Shown: positions 59,028 through 64,000 of the stretch, one piece after another
How the letters are laid out: each line of letters opens with the position of its first letter
Position numbering within the stretch: the first letter of the stretch is position 1
Assembly (NCBI GenBank): GCA_963845145.1
Contig: CAWJQU010000001.1
Coordinates: 96,001-160,000, forward strand
Reading direction: 5' to 3'
Length of the DNA stretch: 64,000 nt
Origin: an uncultured delta proteobacterium
GTDB taxonomy: Bacteria > Desulfobacterota > Desulfobacteria > Desulfobacterales > QNYZ01
Made by a program: the position numbers and the translations under genes
The notes under the pieces: model-generated
Told to the model about the DNA's origin: nothing
Databases searched by the model: none
What the model saw: the letters and a program-made list of their open reading frames with translations, nothing else

Positions 59028-59809
59028 TCAACCCCCAAGTATGCTTCTTGAACCAATTTATCAGAAGCTATTTCCTGATACGTCCCTTCGCAAATTTTCC
59101 GGCCGAAGTTGAGAACGACACATCTGTCTGTTACCCTCTCGATCATGCCCATCTCATGCTCCACCAGGATAATCGACAATCCCGGGATAATATCGCGGGC
59201 TTCCAATATATCATCCATCAGCTGACGCGTTTCTTCTTCGGTCATACCAGCGGAAGGCTCGTCAAGAAGAAGCAAACGCGGGTAGCTAATCAACGCACGG
59301 CAAATCTCAATTCTACGGCGGTCAATCATTGAGAAGGATTCAACTTCTTTCATCATTTGATCGGCCAGTGACGGGTTGAAAATGTGCAACAAGTCACGCG
59401 CCTCCCGCTGTGACTCATCAAGTTGCTGTCTCAAGGCTTTGCGATTGAATATATTAAAATAAAGCCCATGATTAAGGCGACGATGGTTCCCGATCATGAT
59501 GTTATCAAAAATCGACAATTCCAGGCACAACCGGGAGCGCTGAAAAGTCCTGGCGACACCCGCCCCATATACTTTTTGGGCGGTCCAGTTCGTTATGTCC
59601 CGACCTTTAAGTTCGACCGCCCCTGCGTCCGCAGAGTAAATGCCGGTTAGAACATTGAACGAAGTGGTCTTGCCGGATCCGTTTGGGCCAATCAGGCCAA
59701 GGATCTGCCCCTCCTGAACATCCATGTCCAGTTGTTCAAGCGCAATGACACCACCAAACCTTTTCGTCAATCCACGAAAAGACAGAACCGTTTCACTATC
59801 ATTGCTCAT
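59024..59809 (-). CDS. livG: Branched-chain-type ABC ATPase (LivG-like)
   Basis: GPNGSGKTT, ARTFQ, LDEP.AG, EH.M, V.EAYLG. Confidence 0.9.
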   Translation of the reverse strand: MSNDSETVLSFRGLTKRFGGVIALEQLDMDVQEGQILGLIGPNGSGKTTSFNVLTGIYSADAGAVELKGRDITNWTAQKVYGAGVARTFQRSRLCLELSIFDNIMIGNHRRLNHGLYFNIFNRKALRQQLDESQREARDLLHIFNPSLADQMMKEVESFSMIDRRRIEICRALISYPRLLLLDEPSAGMTEEETRQLMDDILEARDIIPGLSIILVEHEMGMIERVTDRCVVLNFGRKICEGTYQEIASDKLVQEAYLGVE

Positions 59810-60993
59810 TGAGCCCTCCAATCCGGAAAATATTTGCGAAGCCTCCGTGGCAGAAGACCGTCCGGACGGAAAAGAAGAATAAGCATCACGCCAATCGCAA
59901 AAACAAGAAATCGATATTCCTGAATAGCCTGCAATTTTTCAGGTAAAATAATGACAATGCAACTCGCCAAGACCACACCCCACAAATTTCCGATTCCCCC
60001 TAGAAGAATAATTGAAACCATAATCAGAGAGTCACCAAACGTAAAATTGTTGGGTGCAATGAACCCGAGCATCATTGCGTAAAAAGCCCCGGCCACACCC
60101 ATAAAAAAGTTCCCGATGGTAAAAGCCGTAATTTTTAATCGCGCGATATCCATCCCAAAACAAGCCGATGCGGTTTCATCAAGTCGGATGGAATCTAAGC
60201 TTAACCCTACCCATGATCGCTCGATACGCTTGGTAATGATAAAAGCGGCAACGGCTAAAATAAGGGCAAACAATACATAATTGGCGTAAAAGGAAATCTC
60301 GAGCGGTCCAATATAGATGTTTTCGTTAAAATTCCACCCGAATATTTCCATCCCTTTGACCTGAGAACCCTGGGCACCTCCCAGCGAAGCGTTCACTTCT
60401 ACAAAAGTTCGAAACAGCAGGCTAAAGGCAATTGTTACAACAGCGGCATAATGACCCCGTGTTCTCAAAACAGGTAAAATCAATAAACATCCAATGAGAG
60501 CAGCGACCAGGCCACCGATCAGAAGAATCAAAAGTTGAGGTAAATTTGTTTGCATGGTAAGAAACGCGGCGGTATAACCGCCGGCACCGAAAAAGGCGGC
60601 ACCGGCAAAGTTGAGAACACCCGTAAAGCCGAACTGGATGTTCAAGCCTAAACAAGCGATAATATAGATGAGGACTGTCGCTACCATCAGCAAATTAAAA
60701 TGATCTTCATAAAACATTGCGGAAAAAACGACTACCGCTACTACCGCTGCCATGTTTGCTTTGGATTCTTTTGCGACGAACTGCTCTCCAACAAGTTGCG
60801 TCAGCCCGGTACGCGCTCCCACATAACACGCTAAAGCTCCGACAAGAATAAGGCTAATGACGGACAGCTGAGACTCCGAATGCATTATCATGGTTCCATA
60901 TCCAGCAACCACTACAATTGCCGTCCAGAGTGCCCACAGCGATGACCTGGCAGGGTTCTTGGGTTGGGCTTGAGGATTATTGTCTACGTTCAT
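59806..60993 (-). CDS. livM: Branched-chain-type ABC permease (LivM-like)
   Basis: GLN...G..G, LR.RG.Y.A.VT, LLGG.G, RP.GL. Confidence 0.88.
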   Translation of the reverse strand: MNVDNNPQAQPKNPARSSLWALWTAIVVVAGYGTMIMHSESQLSVISLILVGALACYVGARTGLTQLVGEQFVAKESKANMAAVVAVVVFSAMFYEDHFNLLMVATVLIYIIACLGLNIQFGFTGVLNFAGAAFFGAGGYTAAFLTMQTNLPQLLILLIGGLVAALIGCLLILPVLRTRGHYAAVVTIAFSLLFRTFVEVNASLGGAQGSQVKGMEIFGWNFNENIYIGPLEISFYANYVLFALILAVAAFIITKRIERSWVGLSLDSIRLDETASACFGMDIARLKITAFTIGNFFMGVAGAFYAMMLGFIAPNNFTFGDSLIMVSIILLGGIGNLWGVVLASCIVIILPEKLQAIQEYRFLVFAIGVMLILLFRPDGLLPRRLRKYFPDWRAQ

Positions 60994-61002
60994 ATAAATA
61001 GT

Positions 61003-61938
61003 TCAAACCCTTTCGGATGATTTCTCGGCAATGAGACCGGTCGGACGCCATGCCATGATTGCAATCACTACTGCAAAAGCAAACACATCTTTATATGCAC
61101 TGGAAAAAGGAAGTGCTATCGCGCCCACGGTTTGTAATGCGGCAAACAAAAAGCCTCCCAAAATGGCGCCATAAATGTTTCCAAGTCCACCAACAATTGC
61201 GGCACTAAATCCTATTGCGCCAAGCAATAGTCCCATAGAATAATTGATTTCGCTGTAATAAAGTCCATTCATCACGCCGGCAAACGCTGCAATAGACGAG
61301 CCCAATGCGAACGTGAACAATACGATAAAATTGAAATTAATCCCCATCGTTTTCGCTGTTTCTTCATCTAACGCCACGGCACGTATTGCAAGGCCGAGTT
61401 TGGACCGGTTGATAAGCAGATTGGTTGCTACGATTACCACCAACCCTGCAATGAACAACAATACGCTATCAATCCGTAATGAGAAGTTGCCGGTTGAGAA
61501 CGTTGTAGTCGGTAACAGTGCCGGGAAGAATTTAGAGTTAGAACCCTCCGGAAAAAACAACCGTATAGATTCACGTAATGCAGTTCCAAACATCAACGTT
61601 ATAAGGAGAATATTGAGTGCAGGTGCATGCTTCAGTGGTAAAATCAATATTTTGGCTATAAAAACGCCCAGTATTGCAATCAAGACGGCAGAAAAAATAA
61701 AAATACAGGCCAGTTGAACAAAGTTGTTCTCAACGCCAAGACCTTGTAATGCGAGATAAATCGTCAAACCGGCAAAGGCGCCTCCCATGAGAACATCTCC
61801 ATGGGAAAACTGGATCACGTCGAGAACCCCGAAAAAAAGCGTGAAGCCCAGTGCTACCAAAGCATAAATCATCCCCAGCATCAGGCCGTTTACGATGAAT
61901 TGGCCAATCAGGCTATAGTCCACTATAGTTCCTCGCAA
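61003..61938 (-). CDS. livH: Branched-chain-type ABC permease (LivH-like)
   Basis: NGL.LG.IYAL.ALG.TL.FG, G.AIRA, F.AA.VGG.G, RPTGL. Confidence 0.9.
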   Translation of the reverse strand: MRGTIVDYSLIGQFIVNGLMLGMIYALVALGFTLFFGVLDVIQFSHGDVLMGGAFAGLTIYLALQGLGVENNFVQLACIFIFSAVLIAILGVFIAKILILPLKHAPALNILLITLMFGTALRESIRLFFPEGSNSKFFPALLPTTTFSTGNFSLRIDSVLLFIAGLVVIVATNLLINRSKLGLAIRAVALDEETAKTMGINFNFIVLFTFALGSSIAAFAGVMNGLYYSEINYSMGLLLGAIGFSAAIVGGLGNIYGAILGGFLFAALQTVGAIALPFSSAYKDVFAFAVVIAIMAWRPTGLIAEKSSERV

Positions 61939-62012
61939 CGATATTAAACGTCAATATCGCGCGGGCCCAAAAACATCTATCGAGCCCGCTGATATCTTAA
62001 CAAAACAAATAG

Positions 62013-63179
62013 TTAGTGACCTTTAAGCTTGCGTTTCCCTGCTGCATATTCACTCTTGTCCCACTCCACCCACTTACCATCCTGGACAACAAGCGGTGTA
62101 ATCAGAGCAAATGTATTTTGGCCGTGATCATCGAAAGAAACCGTGCCAATGGCGTATTCCTTTTTTGGAAAATGATTGAGCGCATCGCGAATTTTTTTTC
62201 GATCCTTGCCCGCTGTTTCGATTGCGTCTAGAAGCACATTCATAGCTGAATATGCATAAATACCGTATGCTTCGGCTGGATTATCATAATTGGCGGTATC
62301 GTATTGCTTGATAAACGCAGGTCCACCCGGCATCGTCTCAACCGGAGCGCCCTGGCGCATGGCGATGGTACCTTCCCCGCCATTGGTTCCCTTAATATAT
62401 GTTTCCGATATAATACCTGACACACCGACAAACTGAGCATTGACCCCAAGTTTTTCCATCTGGTTGTAAATACGTATCGCCAAATCGGATAATCCTCCGA
62501 AATAAACCACATCCGGGTCTAACGCTTTTGCTTTGGTCAATTCGGCGGTAAAGTCCTGCTGATCTGCCGTTACCCCAAATACATCCAACAGGTCGCCACC
62601 CTCGTTCTTTAGAAATTTCTTAAAAGCATCCCGATGTCCATTGCCATAATCAGTGGTGTCATGGATAACAACGAATTTTTTATAGCCCAGCTTGCGTAGA
62701 TATTTTGCGGCGACATCATTTTGACTGGTAAGCGTTCCGATCGTCCGATGAATTTCCTTATATTCATTACCGTAGGTAATTTTCGGTGCGATCGCACCCC
62801 AGACAATAACGGGAAGGCCAAAGCGGTGGTAGATATCCACCGTACCCGTCGCAACGGCGGAACAAAAATGGGTAACTGCCGCCGAAACCCCTTTGTCCGC
62901 AGCCAATTTAGTGGCCGCTTGAACGCCAATGTTTGGTTTGCATTCATCATCGAAAACGACAAGTTCATATTCATATTTTGCGTTTGGGTCGGCATTCCTC
63001 TGGTCCACAGCCAGGTCTACGGAATTCCGTCCGCCGATTCCGATGGCAGAGACCTTGCCGGTTATCGGTCCGATATAGCCGATTTTTACTTTACCTTTGG
63101 CCTCAGCGAAGCTTCCGGTAAATGCCAATGCTGTAATGATTGCAGTCACCGTCAATTGAAACAATAGACGCCTTTTCAT
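62013..63179 (-). CDS. Branched-chain-type ABC substrate-binding protein (LivK-like)
   Basis: Signal peptide; VKIG.IGP.TG, DD.C.P, H.CS, D.T.YG.G, DF.A.LTK; GGAG RBS before the ATG at 63179. Confidence 0.9.
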   Translation of the reverse strand: MKRRLLFQLTVTAIITALAFTGSFAEAKGKVKIGYIGPITGKVSAIGIGGRNSVDLAVDQRNADPNAKYEYELVVFDDECKPNIGVQAATKLAADKGVSAAVTHFCSAVATGTVDIYHRFGLPVIVWGAIAPKITYGNEYKEIHRTIGTLTSQNDVAAKYLRKLGYKKFVVIHDTTDYGNGHRDAFKKFLKNEGGDLLDVFGVTADQQDFTAELTKAKALDPDVVYFGGLSDLAIRIYNQMEKLGVNAQFVGVSGIISETYIKGTNGGEGTIAMRQGAPVETMPGGPAFIKQYDTANYDNPAEAYGIYAYSAMNVLLDAIETAGKDRKKIRDALNHFPKKEYAIGTVSFDDHGQNTFALITPLVVQDGKWVEWDKSEYAAGKRKLKGH

Positions 63180-63870
63180 CGCAACCTCTCCTTTTTTGAT
63201 TGTTTGTACACCTTTATTGGAATTGAGTTTCATATTTTACATATACTTGATTTATAATCAAGTTGTTTTATTAATACTCATCATGTTGATATCAGAAATG
63301 CCGTCATATGCGGTCGATACAAATCCTAAGCGACATTCGAGTATTTTTGCCAACCACCAAGCATCAACCATTGGCCGGATTGAAATGAAAATATAGCGAC
63401 CCTTCCCGCAACTGTCATTTACCTTTTCCAATGAGTCCCCAGAAATAAAGAGTTACCGCTCCCGCGCACAGGTGTAGGTATTTTTTAAAAAAATTTCAAT
63501 TGGGAGGATGTATGTTGAATATTGTTTTAGTGCCGCCGAAAAGCCCTGTATTATTTTCAGATAGAGGGACGCCAGAGGCGATAATGCCCGCTGCCGATGC
63601 AGAGAATTGGCAGCATATCGGTGGAAGGTTATCTCAAAAAATGGAAAGAAAGACGCCTAAACCAACAAACACCTGAATTTACTTGAAATTAATACAGAAT
63701 GAGCTTCAAAAAGATTGCTCTGTGTACATCATGTTGTATCTAAGGGAATAGATATTGTTTTGTCCTTCAACAATATGCTTGTATTAAACTGAGCGCGGTA
63801 TAATTGCGCCGCATCAACCTCATTACCCCGATTCCATTATGAAAAGAATCGGCGCGATGTCAAACCTACT

Positions 63871-64000
63871 TTAAAAAGTAGGCGGCGTGGTCACCCATAT
63901 AATTTTGGTTATTTCCTCACCCGGATTATGGTAGCCGTGTGGACGGTCACATGTAAAGAAAAACGAATCCCCTGTATTTAGGTGATGCGTTTGACCATCG
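63871..64000 (-). CDS. C-terminus of a cupin-domain (XRE-cupin, PuuR-like) regulator, truncated by window
   Basis: DGQTHHLNTGDSFFFTCDRPHGYHNPGEEITKIIWVTTPPTF*; not in the ORF track. Confidence 0.75.
   Translation of the reverse strand, partial: DGQTHHLNTGDSFFFTCDRPHGYHNPGEEITKIIWVTTPPTF

Noticed and set aside
63400..63700. Possible riboswitch in the ABC leader
   Set aside because: No lysine, glycine, SAM or T-box consensus could be matched by eye; needs an Rfam scan.
1..64000. CRISPR array, rRNA, tRNA, integrase or phage genes
   Set aside because: No regularly spaced repeats, cloverleaf, rRNA-like tract, tyrosine recombinase or phage structural motifs recognised.

Overview
Bacterial chromosomal window; gene content and repeat types suggest an anaerobic Desulfobacterales-like deltaproteobacterium (inferred, not searched). 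Core or metabolic blocks: gmhA-hldE-gmhB, miaA, leuB, HMG-CoA lyase, a branched-chain-type ABC transporter with an M20 hydrolase, and a polar amino-acid ABC transporter. These alternate with three tracts of small unrelated genes (about 3.9-11.3 kb, 39.2-42.6 kb, 45.9-52.4 kb) separated by intact or decayed attC-like hairpins, i.e. probable fossil integron cassettes with no integrase in the window. The best candidate for a new system is 15.2-28.3 kb. It encodes an ~820-aa tandem KamA-like radical-SAM aminomutase whose first domain lacks the lysine-binding aspartates and whose second domain looks catalytically dead. It is flanked by LarA-GlcD-GlcF, an amino-acid ABC importer, an orphan AblB-type acetyltransferase, a signal-less M23-like protein and a PLP aminotransferase. 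A second unexplained operon joins a GalT/HIT-like protein, a crotonase lacking both catalytic Glu and a Tm-1/UPF0261 protein. Also present: an ISNCY/IS3 nest, a group II intron 3' remnant, several MITE/REP-like repeats, and at least seven single-base frameshifts that look like sequencing error. All calls come from motif reading only; no searches were run.
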